IMG/VR virus record: IMGVR_UViG_3300007513_001104 | Strand: one strand, 5' to 3' | DNA: 64,000 nt | DNA from: a virus | Shown here: piece after piece, positions 8,162-19,283 of the stretch | Layout: the number at the start of each line of letters is the position of its first letter | How positions within the stretch are numbered: the stretch's first letter is position 1 | The notes under the pieces: generated by a model | The model's input: the letters and a program-made list of their open reading frames with translations, nothing else | The model's database searches: none | What the model was told of the DNA's origin: nothing | Made by a program: the position numbers and the translations under genes

Positions 8162-9754
8162 TTATGCTCCTCCATTAGGTCCTACGGGGTTTCCCTCGCC
8201 TGGAACCTCATCTTCTATATTACCAGCTCCGTTAGGGGCTGCTTGATCAACTGCTGCCAGTGGACTCCATTGATATTGTCTTTGATATTGAGGTTCACTC
8301 AATAATTCAGTTTCAATTTCTTCAATTTCATCATCTGTTAGCATTAAAACGTTCTTTTGTATGTAACGCTTACTAAAAAATGTTCCGATATATGCTGCCA
8401 ATCCGTTTAATACTTCTACTCTACTTCTCAAAATCTCTTGTTCTTTAGACTCTGTATAGTAAGCATCTGTAGAAAACTCAAAATCTATATCGTCTTTAAT
8501 AAGGTGCCAATCCTCTTCGGTTAGAACACCTTTTAGTAAACATTGCGTCTTTAAAAGATCGCTTAACATAACTGAGAACTTCCTTCTTAACTTGATGATG
8601 AATTTTGTAAACTTCATTTCATCTCTGTTAATCTCAGCTGCTCTCCCAAAGTTCATACCAGCTTGTTGTTCCAAACGTGAGATAGGAATGTTCAACGATT
8701 GATATAGTTTACGTTGAAAATATTCTACGTCTTCTATTTGCCCCAGGTTTTGGCCTGCTGGCAATGTATCAATCTGTGTTCCTGTCCCGCCTTCTCTTCT
8801 GGGTAACCAGAAGTCTTCCAACATTGACATAAACTTCTTGTCATCACGGATCTCGCCTGTATTAGCATCGTAAACTAACTTATTACGATAACGATCCATA
8901 ATGTCTTTTAGATATTGTTCTGCCTTCATCTTCGGCAAGTTACCAACATCTACATAAAATATTCGTCTTTCAGGAGCCCTTGTAATTCTATAAATTACTA
9001 CCGCGTTCTCCATCATACGAAGTTGGTTTGCTGGCCTTATGGCCTTGTGTAAATACGACAAAGGTATTTGTTTGTCGCTATCTACCAAACCGCTAGGTGC
9101 ATATGTAATAGCATCCTTTGTTATTTTCAACCCTTGTTGATTCTCAGGTGCTACATAAGCTCCAGGTTTTTGAGTTACGCCCTTATCATTATATATAAAG
9201 AACTCATTAACCTCTTTAACAAACATGACGCCAGTAGGGTTCTTTTCCTTCTTGACTTCACGTACTTTCCTAATTTTCCTGGGATCAATATATCTAATAT
9301 CTTTTATCCCTTGTTTAGGTTGTTCAAGATCTATTACCTTATGGAAATAAATCCTTCCATCAACATACCATCTTCGGAAATAATCCTGGGCTCTATCCTT
9401 AAAGTCCAGGATATTTTTAATTTCCTCGAATTCATTTGCTATACTTTTCCTAACACTGGCTGAAAGTCTTACTTCGTCCAGGTTAATTTCAACGGGTGAC
9501 TCGTTCTCCAATTGTGCAACAGACTCGTTGATTATATCTTCAACTGCTGTATCCACGTCTGCCATTAAAGCAATGTCGCGATACCGCTTAATCAATTCCG
9601 CTTCTGTTTGGGCTATGCCTTCAACGTCCATGTAGGTACCGTAGTACCCACCTGCTCGAATCGACTCTATTGCACCGTCATCGGATGGCGCCACAAAAGA
9701 TTTTTCGCTCTGTGGCGTCTGTTTCCGTTTTATTTCAAACCCAAATAAATCCAT
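8162..9754 (-). CDS. gp20: portal protein
   Basis: LFGF.I, FRRWYVDGR, SYLHKAI...NQLRM.E.A.VIYR..RAPERRIFY.DVGNLP..KAEQY, EDFWLPRREGG. Confidence 0.97.
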   Translation of the reverse strand: MDLFGFEIKRKQTPQSEKSFVAPSDDGAIESIRAGGYYGTYMDVEGIAQTEAELIKRYRDIALMADVDTAVEDIINESVAQLENESPVEINLDEVRLSASVRKSIANEFEEIKNILDFKDRAQDYFRRWYVDGRIYFHKVIDLEQPKQGIKDIRYIDPRKIRKVREVKKEKNPTGVMFVKEVNEFFIYNDKGVTQKPGAYVAPENQQGLKITKDAITYAPSGLVDSDKQIPLSYLHKAIRPANQLRMMENAVVIYRITRAPERRIFYVDVGNLPKMKAEQYLKDIMDRYRNKLVYDANTGEIRDDKKFMSMLEDFWLPRREGGTGTQIDTLPAGQNLGQIEDVEYFQRKLYQSLNIPISRLEQQAGMNFGRAAEINRDEMKFTKFIIKLRRKFSVMLSDLLKTQCLLKGVLTEEDWHLIKDDIDFEFSTDAYYTESKEQEILRSRVEVLNGLAAYIGTFFSKRYIQKNVLMLTDDEIEEIETELLSEPQYQRQYQWSPLAAVDQAAPNGAGNIEDEVPGEGNPVGPNGGA

Positions 9755-9775
9755 ATTCTATACCTATCCCTTAGG

Positions 9776-10306
9776 TTAGGTTACTGTGTACCATTGATAT
9801 TGGAATGTTACTGTAAATTCCTCAATGATATCGTTTTGTGCATATTGTAGTGCTATTTCCGACATATTAATTGGAAAGGCGTCATGTAACTTGTACTGAC
9901 CTCCTGGGAGGTTCTGAGAGTTACGGTCTAAATGATTCACATGTAACAATGTCTGATACTTAGAATGTTCAAGCTCGCCCTGGTTGGCATTTCCGCCTGA
10001 TTCGTTGCCTTTCGTATTCATCAATTCCATCCAAGCTTCAAATGGTTTTCTGAGACTAAATTCATTGTTGTTAGCAATAGTGATGGTCCAAGGATCAAAA
10101 ATCCTTTCGCCAGCAAATTTAACTTCTCTTCCACGATATTGAATTATCGCTGGATTTACCGTTGACGCTGGTAATGCAGCACCTGTAACTAACAGGCTAT
10201 ATTTTCCTTCTGCAACAATACCTGTTGGGAAATTAAGTACGACTTCAAACTGGTTAGGTCTGGCACCGCCTTCTTTTAGCAAGCTTTTAAAATTATCTAT
10301 ATCCAC
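9776..10306 (-). CDS. gp19: tail tube protein
   Basis: GGARPN.F.V, YRGR.VK.AGER.F.PW..T, FP..(S)EI.L.Y, IEEF.VTFQY. Confidence 0.93.
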   Translation of the reverse strand: MDIDNFKSLLKEGGARPNQFEVVLNFPTGIVAEGKYSLLVTGAALPASTVNPAIIQYRGREVKFAGERIFDPWTITIANNNEFSLRKPFEAWMELMNTKGNESGGNANQGELEHSKYQTLLHVNHLDRNSQNLPGGQYKLHDAFPINMSEIALQYAQNDIIEEFTVTFQYQWYTVT

Positions 10307-10325
10307 TTTATTCTCCTCTTCTTAC

Positions 10326-10333
10326 TATTTATA
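10326..10333 (-). promoter_or_regulatory. late promoter for gp19
   Basis: TATAAATA. Confidence 0.75.
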
Positions 10334-10335
10334 CA

Positions 10336-12246
10336 TTACCCGCCAATTTCTTCAAATGCAACACCACTTCTTGTAGCAATAAAGTTAAGCTGTATAAAGT
10401 TGATAGCCTTTGCTGGTTTAATGAAAATGTCTGCAACAAATTCATTTCTATCAATTACTTCGCCTGTATTATTGCTAGAGTTACATATAACTTTAAAGTC
10501 ATATATTCCTCTACGTCCTTTGACGTCCCTTAGGAAAGGTGTAAGCATACTTGAGAATTGTGCTCTTGTAAATGCGTCGTTAAATTCAAACAATTGGAAC
10601 TTAGCTGCTGTTGCTACTGCTTTTTCAATTATGATAAACAGTCTTCGAACATTAATTCTATTAAATGCTGAAGGAGCTGCTAGTAACGTCTTGTCCCCGA
10701 ACAATACGATTCCGTTTCCAGGACTGTTTATAACAGGGTTTACTCCGGCTTGGTATAGATCATCTCTATTTGCCTTAGTAGGATTCCACGCTAGTTTTAC
10801 TGCGTTTCTTACTTGTCCTCTGTTAAATCCTGCTGGAGAGTACCAAGGATCTCTGACGTTGTCTGTGTTTACACATAGACCTGCCATGTCTCCGTTTAAT
10901 GGTACCCAACGATATACATCATTGTATCTATCGTATTGGTATTTCCAGTTACTGTCCATTACACTATATGATGTGGCTGATAAAGCGCCTTTATCACCTG
11001 TTATAGTTGTAACTTCTGAACCGGAGTTGTTTACTACACTTCCTCTCTGTGGTGAAACAAATGCTATACAGTCTTTTCTGACTTTAGCAATATTGTCTTG
11101 TACCCACTTCTTATCAGTGTTGGTCCAGCCAGCCGTCATTACTAGGTTGACGTCAACTGATTCTGCGTCTCCAAATAATGCGTAAGACCTTTGTACGTCT
11201 GCGCTGTCTGGGCTGTCAGAAACACCACCTGTTAAACTGTCAGTATGTTCTGCTGTAGTAAATACTGATGTATAGGCTGTTCCTGATGAAGCTGTTCCCC
11301 ATGTGCTGTCTCCTGCTGGGTGATCCATCCAACGGATAAACTCAGACTGTGTATTAATCACGTCTTTGTAGTATATTGATCCGCCTTGTAGACCTTTAGC
11401 ATCTGATGCTTTGGAAACACCTTCGTGTTTTTCTAAAACTGTACCTGCCACACCCGTAAACAAACCATCTTCGTCAATAACGATTATATGAAGTTCATCA
11501 TTTGAACCTCCTACTAATGCTACGTTCGTTGAGGTTAAAGGTGCGGAGTTAAAGTTGTCTTTGTAAGTCCAATCTGCTGCGAGAACGGCTGTAGCTGTTG
11601 CTCCAGAACCGCCTCCACCGCTAAATGTGATAGCTGGTGCGCTAGTATATCCATTACCAGGATTCGTAATAGTAATTGCAGTAACTGCACCGCCACTAAC
11701 TGTAGCTGTACCTGTTGCTGTAATACCTGAACCTGGAGCTGCAAAAGCAACTGTTGGAGCTGACGTATAGTTAGATCCTCCTGCACTAATTGTAGCTGAT
11801 GCTACTGAATTAGTATCATAGTTGCTTGAGTCTGCAAATGAAACTTTAAGCGAGTTGCCTAGAGCTCCTGGATGTTTTGCTGCCCACATACCGACACTTC
11901 CTTGACCACTGGAATAATTGTTATCATAATCCTCTTCGTTCTTAACTAAGACGCCTGCTGTAGAACCTGCGTTCTTTGCAGCGTCTATGTCACATGAACG
12001 GACTACTTTAAGATTATTACCATAAGCCAAGAAGCTAGCTGCTGTAAACCAAGATTCATAGTTATCTGAATTTGGTTCAAAAAATGTATCAACTAGATTG
12101 TTCTCAGAACTAATTGTTGTGATCTCGTCAGTAGGTCCCCACTGCGCGTCCATTACAACCGCTCCTATTGTAGAAGCGACTGCAGGAACTACACTTGTAA
12201 GATCCCTCTCTGTGACTTGAACACCTGGTGATAGCTGAAATGCCAT
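10336..12246 (-). CDS. gp18: tail sheath protein
   Basis: [54 protein letters not shown]...INFI.LNF.A. Confidence 0.97.
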   Translation of the reverse strand: MAFQLSPGVQVTERDLTSVVPAVASTIGAVVMDAQWGPTDEITTISSENNLVDTFFEPNSDNYESWFTAASFLAYGNNLKVVRSCDIDAAKNAGSTAGVLVKNEEDYDNNYSSGQGSVGMWAAKHPGALGNSLKVSFADSSNYDTNSVASATISAGGSNYTSAPTVAFAAPGSGITATGTATVSGGAVTAITITNPGNGYTSAPAITFSGGGGSGATATAVLAADWTYKDNFNSAPLTSTNVALVGGSNDELHIIVIDEDGLFTGVAGTVLEKHEGVSKASDAKGLQGGSIYYKDVINTQSEFIRWMDHPAGDSTWGTASSGTAYTSVFTTAEHTDSLTGGVSDSPDSADVQRSYALFGDAESVDVNLVMTAGWTNTDKKWVQDNIAKVRKDCIAFVSPQRGSVVNNSGSEVTTITGDKGALSATSYSVMDSNWKYQYDRYNDVYRWVPLNGDMAGLCVNTDNVRDPWYSPAGFNRGQVRNAVKLAWNPTKANRDDLYQAGVNPVINSPGNGIVLFGDKTLLAAPSAFNRINVRRLFIIIEKAVATAAKFQLFEFNDAFTRAQFSSMLTPFLRDVKGRRGIYDFKVICNSSNNTGEVIDRNEFVADIFIKPAKAINFIQLNFIATRSGVAFEEIGG

Positions 12247-12309
12247 GTTTTTCTCCTCGGTTTATTTTATCTTATGAATGACACAAGTTTAATTATTATC
12301 ATCACCAAC

Positions 12310-12317
12310 TATTTATA
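12310..12317 (-). promoter_or_regulatory. late promoter for gp18
   Basis: TATAAATA. Confidence 0.75.
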
Positions 12318-12360
12318 AATCATATTATTTAGAACCGTTTTTCTGTCTGTACAGCTCCTT

Positions 12361-14055
12361 TTATTTGTGTGTACGTCTTTCTGGTAAGGTTCTAGCATAA
12401 TTTTCTGATATTTTTCTCATTTTTTTCTGTAAGTTCTTATGGTAATCGTCTTCCAACAACCATAAATCACCATTAACTACTTCAAACTCTGGCTCTTGTC
12501 CATCGTCTCTTATATAAGGAGTTAGATTGTGTTCTATTTCTCCCATTTGTTGTTTATATAATCCTTCTCTTGTATTAACATCTGTCATATCTTTAAAGAA
12601 ATTCTGTGTACTTAACCAACCAAATAGTACGCAACACATAACTAAATCGTCATGATATCCTACGTCTGCCTGATATGTATTGCCCTTTTCTATAAATGTT
12701 GATATTTCATGTATTATATGTTCATCAAATATCAACATTTTTCTTTCTTCTAGTAAAGATTTAAATGCAAAACACCCTTGTCTTTTTACTTGTTTTGATG
12801 TTGTAACACCATGCTTACTTGTTTTACCAAATCCTGGACTGACATATTGTCTGTTTTGCTCTGTAACCGTACTACAAATATTCTCATATTCTATTTCTTG
12901 ATGTAATATTTCTACTACTTGTTGTCCTATATCATTAACTTCTACTAATATAAATGCGTCGTTATAGTCTTTTCCTACCTTTCCAATAACATCTGGAAAC
13001 AACATAGGTGATATATCATTACACTTATATTTTGCTACTATATTGTACGGCATTTCTGTTATGTCTGCTACAACAAAGGCGGAATAATCTCCGCCAATTC
13101 CCCTGGCTGTGTCGACTGTAATTGCGTAATAATGATCTTTTTGTGGTTCTTCGTATATGTCTAAATTATTGTTTTGAAATATAGGATCTTTGGTACTCAT
13201 AGAACCTATAGTTTGTGAGTTAATTAATGTATTAGTTGAACCTAAGAACTCACATAATACTTCTTGGTTAAATTTAACATCACCGAGAAGTTGTTTTTGT
13301 TCGTCTAACCACTTCTCATCACGTCCTGGTATCTCATAGTAAGGAATAAACATATGCTCAAAGCCGTTCTCTCCTTTCTCTGCCTCATTCCAGAACTTCC
13401 AGAAGTGATTGTATCCTAATGGTGTAGATGTAAGTAGAATTTTAGTTGTTTCACCAGCAGAAATAGTAGGATAAACAGAAGTAAAGAACTCATCTGCTAT
13501 GTTATTAGGTATGATTGCAGCCTCATCAATATATAACCAATTAACAGACTTACCACGTATCGCTGCTGCTGTTGTTGCTGCTGTTAATACTTTACTATTA
13601 TTCTCTAGTTCTACGTCACCCTTATTCCACGTTTTAACACCTTGTTGCATCCACAAAGGCAAGTTCTCATACATAATTTGATACCTATTCAATACTTCCC
13701 TAGCAGCTGCACTCTTATTAGCCATAATAGCTACTGTTTTATCTTCTTCGAAAATTGTATAATGAAGAATACACGCTGCTGCTGTAACTGTTTTGCCTTG
13801 TTGTCTTCCTTCCATTAAAACAACACGTCTATTATTCATTATGCAATCTACTTTGTCTCTTTGACAATCATATAGTTTAAAAGGTTGTAATCCTTTATCT
13901 AAAGTAATTATTTTTACATAGGTTTCTATGAAATACTTAGGATCTTTTGAACATTTGATATACTCTGCAACTTCTTCTTTGGTGAAGTCGTGTTGATAAG
14001 CTAACGGTTTAAGGTTAGGATTACCATGATAACTATTCCCTTCTGCTTGTGTCAT
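12361..14055 (-). CDS. gp17: terminase large subunit
   Basis: Y.GNPNLK, RQ.GKT, YIDEAA, STP.G.NHF, D..RG.GGDYS, HDDLVM. Confidence 0.97.
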   Translation of the reverse strand: MTQAEGNSYHGNPNLKPLAYQHDFTKEEVAEYIKCSKDPKYFIETYVKIITLDKGLQPFKLYDCQRDKVDCIMNNRRVVLMEGRQQGKTVTAAACILHYTIFEEDKTVAIMANKSAAAREVLNRYQIMYENLPLWMQQGVKTWNKGDVELENNSKVLTAATTAAAIRGKSVNWLYIDEAAIIPNNIADEFFTSVYPTISAGETTKILLTSTPLGYNHFWKFWNEAEKGENGFEHMFIPYYEIPGRDEKWLDEQKQLLGDVKFNQEVLCEFLGSTNTLINSQTIGSMSTKDPIFQNNNLDIYEEPQKDHYYAITVDTARGIGGDYSAFVVADITEMPYNIVAKYKCNDISPMLFPDVIGKVGKDYNDAFILVEVNDIGQQVVEILHQEIEYENICSTVTEQNRQYVSPGFGKTSKHGVTTSKQVKRQGCFAFKSLLEERKMLIFDEHIIHEISTFIEKGNTYQADVGYHDDLVMCCVLFGWLSTQNFFKDMTDVNTREGLYKQQMGEIEHNLTPYIRDDGQEPEFEVVNGDLWLLEDDYHKNLQKKMRKISENYARTLPERRTHK

Positions 14056-14548
14056 CTTTCTCTACGTTTATTACTTTAGGATCTTCTTCCCCTTTTAAAG
14101 CGCTCAATAAATCTTTTGTGCTACCTACAAACAAATTATTCTGAGTTTTAACGTTTCCTTTTTTAGGATCGTCTGCTGTTACACGTTTTTGTCTTTCTTG
14201 TACATCAATCATGTCTTTAGCTGTGTCTTGTAAGTTTTTAATTAGTCCCCCAGCCACTTCATATGCACGTGGTTGGTCACTATTTCTGGCAATATGTAAT
14301 ATGCCTTGTATGGCTTCGTCGTTGTATGCTTCTGCTTGTTTTAATATTGATCTAGCATACTGGAAGTCCTCTTCTTGTTGTTTAGCAAGTAGTGCTTCTC
14401 TATCTTCATCAGACATTGGAACCTCAGGAAGTTGTTTCTTCCTCTCGCTTTCTCTTTCTTTTAAGTTTTTTTCTAGTGCCTTTGTGACTGCTTTAGTATT
14501 AAATTTTTTATCTAAATCGTCAAAAGGATTTTTATTCGAAGTTGTCAT
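14033..14548 (-). CDS. gp16: terminase small subunit
   Basis: D..YAR, PRAYEV...LIK, NNLFVGST.DL; upstream of gp17. Start moved to 14548. Confidence 0.9.
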   Translation of the reverse strand: MTTSNKNPFDDLDKKFNTKAVTKALEKNLKERESERKKQLPEVPMSDEDREALLAKQQEEDFQYARSILKQAEAYNDEAIQGILHIARNSDQPRAYEVAGGLIKNLQDTAKDMIDVQERQKRVTADDPKKGNVKTQNNLFVGSTKDLLSALKGEEDPKVINVEKDDTSRRE

Positions 14549-15314
14549 CAAATTCCTCCACAAACTGATATGCATCTATGGGACTTGCATCTTCTGGATT
14601 AACGTAAGCAGTTAAAGTCTGTTTTAAGTTGCCTAAATTCAATGACATTGTTGGGTCATCGTATATATCTGCAATAACTTTCTTAATTATTCCTACTTTT
14701 TCTACGTTACTGTAAAAATTAAGCCTCATTGTAAAGTTCAAAGTCCATACAACACTTAATCTATTAGCAAAGTCGCCTTCATATTCGTCTTCATAACCAA
14801 CATTATCTAATGTAATCTTTATGTCCCGTTTTATATTTAATTCAGGTAAATCGTTAATTGTAACATTAAAATCAGGATTAAAATATGGAAGAATTTGTTC
14901 CACAATTTGTAATCCATCATCTTGATTCTTCGCAAATATATATAAGGATAAATTCATGTTAAATGGCGCTGAATTAAATGCCGTCCTTACTGTATTTGCT
15001 GTGTCTCCTGACCCGATAGCTTTATTTTTATTTATTATTGGTGTCTTTCTACTAGGATCATACATTATTCCTTGTATTTCAAAACCTATACGTGGCAATG
15101 TAATAGCTACTTCACCTCTTGTATCTGTACCGGTAACCCTAGCTATTCTTGTCATAAATTTTTGCTTAGTAGAGTATGACAATGGTACCCTAAGAACCTG
15201 TGCTACTGCTCCAGCACTATTTTTACGTTCAATGTTTATATTATTGAATATCGATCCAAAAGCAATGACTGCTTTTCGTATATGCTGGTGGTAAAATGTT
15301 TGATCTTTAAACAC
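14532..15314 (-). CDS. gp15: tail sheath stabilizer / tail terminator
   Basis: FYH..IRK.V.AFG..FNNI, VPL.Y..K.KF, LPR..FE, QDD.LQIVEQILPYF.P. Confidence 0.94.
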   Translation of the reverse strand: MFKDQTFYHQHIRKAVIAFGSIFNNINIERKNSAGAVAQVLRVPLSYSTKQKFMTRIARVTGTDTRGEVAITLPRIGFEIQGIMYDPSRKTPIINKNKAIGSGDTANTVRTAFNSAPFNMNLSLYIFAKNQDDGLQIVEQILPYFNPDFNVTINDLPELNIKRDIKITLDNVGYEDEYEGDFANRLSVVWTLNFTMRLNFYSNVEKVGIIKKVIADIYDDPTMSLNLGNLKQTLTAYVNPEDASPIDAYQFVEEFDDNFE

Positions 15315-16050
15315 CTATCTCTCCAAAAGGATTCTTCTCACTGAAGTCTAATATACCTTCTAGTGTTACTAAGTTTTCAAAGTCTGCATTGTCTATTGGT
15401 TCTGCTTTAAGTGAGTATGCTTCATTAATTATTGATCCTGTGTCCTCTTTAAGCCACAAACCACCATCTTCTAATTGTAATTGATACTCCAACATATCCT
15501 GAGAGTATGTTGTTTCTATTCCATCTATTAATGTAATACCTGTATCTAAATCTTCTGAACTGTATTCGAAGAGTTCACAAACTAATCTAAATACATAAAT
15601 TTGGTTTAATTGATAGAATGGATTTTGGAAATCAACATATTTAATTTCAAATAGTGATTTAGTTTTTTCTAAATATATTAAATCTCCTTCTGAGGGTCTT
15701 GTTGTTTGTGTAAATGTGCCTCCAGAAGTTATTACCATGTCTTCCCAACGTCTTTTTGCCATTACAAACGTTGCTTGATCTCTAACTTCTAATCCAAACC
15801 TTGTAAATATGTCTCCTTGTCCTTCGTAACCATTTACATTATCCAAATACATTTCTAGAGGATATGCTTGTGTAAATTTGGACAGCTCATCCTCATCAAA
15901 GATTGTATCTTTGTTGACTAGTGTCCTGGGTAGGTAATAAGTATCGTGGCCGTATATTTTAAGACTTTCTATGATTAGGTCTTCTACTAATCTTTGTTCG
16001 TTTGTTTGTCCTTGTCCTTGGCCTGCTTGGAAATAAAAGTTTGTAGGCAT
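15307..16050 (-). CDS. gp14: neck protein
   Basis: EQ.L..DLIIES.KIYG...YYLPR, RP.EGDLIY, LFEIK.V, CELFEYS.E, DFSE.NPFG. Confidence 0.93.
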   Translation of the reverse strand: MPTNFYFQAGQGQGQTNEQRLVEDLIIESLKIYGHDTYYLPRTLVNKDTIFDEDELSKFTQAYPLEMYLDNVNGYEGQGDIFTRFGLEVRDQATFVMAKRRWEDMVITSGGTFTQTTRPSEGDLIYLEKTKSLFEIKYVDFQNPFYQLNQIYVFRLVCELFEYSSEDLDTGITLIDGIETTYSQDMLEYQLQLEDGGLWLKEDTGSIINEAYSLKAEPIDNADFENLVTLEGILDFSEKNPFGEIGV

Positions 16051-16054
16051 ATTA

Positions 16055-17032
16055 CTATCCTATCATAAATTGTGGGGGCAGTTCATAACTCTTCTGCATC
16101 TGCTCTTCTATTTGTACGATCTCCTGTTGTGCTTCTTGAAATATTTGATCCCCATTCAGTGTAACACCTCCTGGCATTTGAATACCTGAGAACTTACTCA
16201 TGTTAGAGCCCCATTGTCTTTTAATTAAAGCAGTGGCGTATTTCTTAAGAAACATATCATCATATACCTCTGTATATGTTGCAGGGTCTAATATAGCCCA
16301 AGCTTCTGCTACTAAATAATCACCGGGGTTAAATGTTTTGTCCCAGTCTGTGTCCATATAAAGTCTGTCTGTTTTTCTATTCCAACGTATTTGTCTGCTG
16401 CCTGCTAAAAGCATTTCTAGTGTAGTCAAATGACTTTGTACCACACTATAATATATCATGTCTGCTCCCATCAAGTTATATAAATCATTCATTCTAAATT
16501 GATACATTAAGTCAAACAATTCTCCATCTCTGGATACGTTAGTTGCTGCACCACCAAAGTTAAATACTCTTGTGATGCCTAATATATTATTACTAATAGG
16601 GATATATCCTTTTTCGATATCTCCCTGTGTATAGAAAGTGGTGGGGTGTAATGTCGCAACCGATCCGGATTCACTTCCAGTTATTTGTTCGCTTGCCACA
16701 AAATCTGCACTCCCCGTATCCATCTTCTCTACAGTAATATCCTGGCCTGTGCCAGATACTACCTTCGCTGAAGCACCAGAAGTGCCTCCTGTAATCGTCT
16801 CATTCTTTTGGAAGTTTGCCGCTACATTAGTTGTCAAGTGTACTTTGGAGCCTGTGACTGCGTGTTTGACAAACGTTCTCTCAACACCGTCGAAATGATA
16901 TTCTTGCCAATATTGTATGGCATCATCGACTCTGTCGGATACTTGTTGTTCATCCACATTTATTTCTATCACAGGAGCACCTAGTCTCCTTAGACAATAA
17001 TCCTGTAGATCCGTTCTACTAGCTAAAGCCAT
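16055..17032 (-). CDS. gp13: neck protein
   Basis: YCLRRLGAPVIEINVD..Q..DR.DDA.Q...EYHFDG, LK.YATALIKRQWG.N..KF.G.Q.PGGVTLNG. Confidence 0.94.
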   Translation of the reverse strand: MALASRTDLQDYCLRRLGAPVIEINVDEQQVSDRVDDAIQYWQEYHFDGVERTFVKHAVTGSKVHLTTNVAANFQKNETITGGTSGASAKVVSGTGQDITVEKMDTGSADFVASEQITGSESGSVATLHPTTFYTQGDIEKGYIPISNNILGITRVFNFGGAATNVSRDGELFDLMYQFRMNDLYNLMGADMIYYSVVQSHLTTLEMLLAGSRQIRWNRKTDRLYMDTDWDKTFNPGDYLVAEAWAILDPATYTEVYDDMFLKKYATALIKRQWGSNMSKFSGIQMPGGVTLNGDQIFQEAQQEIVQIEEQMQKSYELPPQFMIG

Positions 17033-17041
17033 AATCTACTC

Positions 17042-19270
17042 CTAGTTCAGTTTGGTACCGGCTGCGTTGTATATTGCTGTTCCTGTTATGGTTGCAGTAG
17101 AGCCTTCGCCCTGTGAATGAGAAATAGTTATACCATCTCCTCCACTTACTTGCGCCATGTAATTCCCTGTCGTATCTGTTCCTAAAGCAACACTATTTGC
17201 TGCTATAGTTAATGCTGTTGCTACGTTACCTGTTCCATCAAATGAACCACTACCTGTTACATCTCCTGTAAACGATAATGTTCTTGCTGTTTCTAGTGCT
17301 GTAGCTGTTGCTGCATTTCCTGTAGTATCTTGGTTTAATGTTCCTACTACTAAATCAATTGTATTATCACCATCTTGATAAGTTGCTGTAATACCTGTTT
17401 CAGTGTTAGAACTAAACATAGCTCCTACTGTGTCCGCTACAACCTCACTTAAATCTATGTTAGCAGTACCATCAAATGATACTCCATGGATTGTTCGTGC
17501 TGTTGCTAGCGCTGTTGCCGTAGCTGCTAAGCCAACGGCTATATTAGCTGTTCCATCAAATGATGTTCCGCCAATAGTTCTTGCTGTTTCTAATGCTGTT
17601 GCTGTTGCTGCATTTCCTGTAGTTGATCCTGAAGATCCACTTACATTTCCTGTTACGTTGCCTGTTAAAGCGCCTGCAAACAATGTTGAAGTTAGTAAAC
17701 CTGAACTTGGATTATAAGTTAATCCTGTATCTGTTTCTATTCCTTGTCCGCCTGTTGCGCCGTCTACGAATGTAGGGTAAACTGTTTCGTCTGTTGTGTT
17801 ATTAGCACTAGCCGTAACATTTGTTGCAGTTGTTGCTGTTGTTGCTGTATCTGCATTACCTGTAACATTTCCCGTAACGTTTCCTTCTAAGTTTGCTACT
17901 AAGGTGCCTGTTGTAATTGTTAAATTACCTGTACTTGCACCCGTAAAGGACCCTGTTCCTACTGTAAATTTATCTGCACTTTCATCATAACCGATGAACG
18001 CATTATCTGCACTTCCTCTTTCTATGACTAGACCGGCATCATTACCAGGTGTTCCTGATGTGCCGTTTGCTAATTCAATCAGCGCGTCTGTAATTGTTGT
18101 ATTCGTAGAATCTATTGTTGTGGTTGTACCATTAACATCTAGATTTCCACTAACTGTTACATCATTAAATTGAACATTGGAGTCTGTTGCGACTGCCTGT
18201 CCAATTGCTATTGTTGCTGTTGAACCTTCTGCTGGAGTATGTGTTACTGTAACACCTGTTCCGGCAGACGCGTCTGTCATATAGTTTCCTGTTGTATCAG
18301 TTCCTAGGGCTACACTATTTGCTGCTATGGTTAATGCTGTTGCAACATTTGCAGAGCCATCAACTGAACCACTACCTGTAACATCACCTGTAAAAGATAA
18401 TGTTCTAGCAGTTGTCCAGGAAGCTGCTGTTCCTGTTGTATTTTGATTAAGTGTTCCTACTGTAAAGTCTAAAGTTCCGTCTCCGTCTTCATACGCTACT
18501 GTAATACCACTTTCTGTATTTGAGCTAACCATTGCTCCAACAGTATCTTGTACTACTTCAGTTAAATCTATGTTTGCAGTACCATCAAATGATACTCCAT
18601 GGATTGTTCTGGCATTTTGTAATGCTGTAGCTGTTGCTGCATTACCTGTAGTTGATCCTGAAGATCCACTTACGTTACCTGTAACATCTCCTGTAACATC
18701 TCCTGTTAGATTTCCTGTAACAGAAGTTGTAGTTAAGACTCCAGAGCTAGGATTATATGTTAATCCTGTATCTGTTTCTGCGCCTTGACTTCCTGTTGCT
18801 CCATCTACAAAGATTGGATAAACTGTTTCGTTTGTACTGTTGTTAGCAGAAACTGTAATGTTATCTGCTGTACCTGTAGTGTCTTGGTTTAGTGTACCAA
18901 CCGCAATAGTTGTGCCTGATATACTTAACCCTGTTCCAGCTGTTAGCCATTGTGAGGCTCCTGCTGAATCATCCCAAAAGACAATTCTGTCTGCGTTGGG
19001 ATCTGATAAACTTTCAATTCCTAAGTGAGATAAACTAACCGTTGCACTTCCACTTGTCGCACCACCTGTTAATCCTGTTCCGGCTACGACTGCTGTAATG
19101 TCTCCAGTATTTAATTCTGAATACAAGGCAAGTCTATGCCCGCCTGCTGTTGAGCCGTCATGAACTCGAATATGATCTAAGGTAGTATCGACGGAAATTT
19201 CGCCTACAGCACCGGTGAACGCATCATTTTGAGTCGTCGTTCCCCTTCTAAATTGTACTTGTGTTGGCAT
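17042..19270 (-). CDS. Thr/Gly-rich fibre protein with Mtd_N-like N-terminus
   Basis: N-term QVQFRRGTT..F.GA.GEI..DT....VHDG.T.GG; fibre repeats GNVTG, TATAL..ARTI.G.SFDG.ANI; large internal duplication. Confidence 0.75.
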   Translation of the reverse strand: MPTQVQFRRGTTTQNDAFTGAVGEISVDTTLDHIRVHDGSTAGGHRLALYSELNTGDITAVVAGTGLTGGATSGSATVSLSHLGIESLSDPNADRIVFWDDSAGASQWLTAGTGLSISGTTIAVGTLNQDTTGTADNITVSANNSTNETVYPIFVDGATGSQGAETDTGLTYNPSSGVLTTTSVTGNLTGDVTGDVTGNVSGSSGSTTGNAATATALQNARTIHGVSFDGTANIDLTEVVQDTVGAMVSSNTESGITVAYEDGDGTLDFTVGTLNQNTTGTAASWTTARTLSFTGDVTGSGSVDGSANVATALTIAANSVALGTDTTGNYMTDASAGTGVTVTHTPAEGSTATIAIGQAVATDSNVQFNDVTVSGNLDVNGTTTTIDSTNTTITDALIELANGTSGTPGNDAGLVIERGSADNAFIGYDESADKFTVGTGSFTGASTGNLTITTGTLVANLEGNVTGNVTGNADTATTATTATNVTASANNTTDETVYPTFVDGATGGQGIETDTGLTYNPSSGLLTSTLFAGALTGNVTGNVSGSSGSTTGNAATATALETARTIGGTSFDGTANIAVGLAATATALATARTIHGVSFDGTANIDLSEVVADTVGAMFSSNTETGITATYQDGDNTIDLVVGTLNQDTTGNAATATALETARTLSFTGDVTGSGSFDGTGNVATALTIAANSVALGTDTTGNYMAQVSGGDGITISHSQGEGSTATITGTAIYNAAGTKLN
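17156..18850 (-). repeat. ~190-aa internal duplication in fibre gene (copies ~18278-18850 and ~17156-17810)
   Basis: Segment ANN.T.ETVYP.FVDGATG.QG.ETDTGLTYNPSSG ... ANSVALGTDTTGNYM occurs twice. Confidence 0.85.
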
Positions 19271-19283
19271 TGTTTTCTCCTAT

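Noticed and set aside
10400-11185. 261-aa + strand ORF and other long antisense ORFs (5676-6062, 20217-20900, 34210-34605, 57720-58142)
   Set aside because: They are shadows of well-supported genes on the opposite strand, with no RBS or recognisable motifs.
8162-14055. Introns or inteins in portal, sheath or terminase
   Set aside because: ORFs are continuous, of normal length, and lack splicing or LAGLIDADG motifs.
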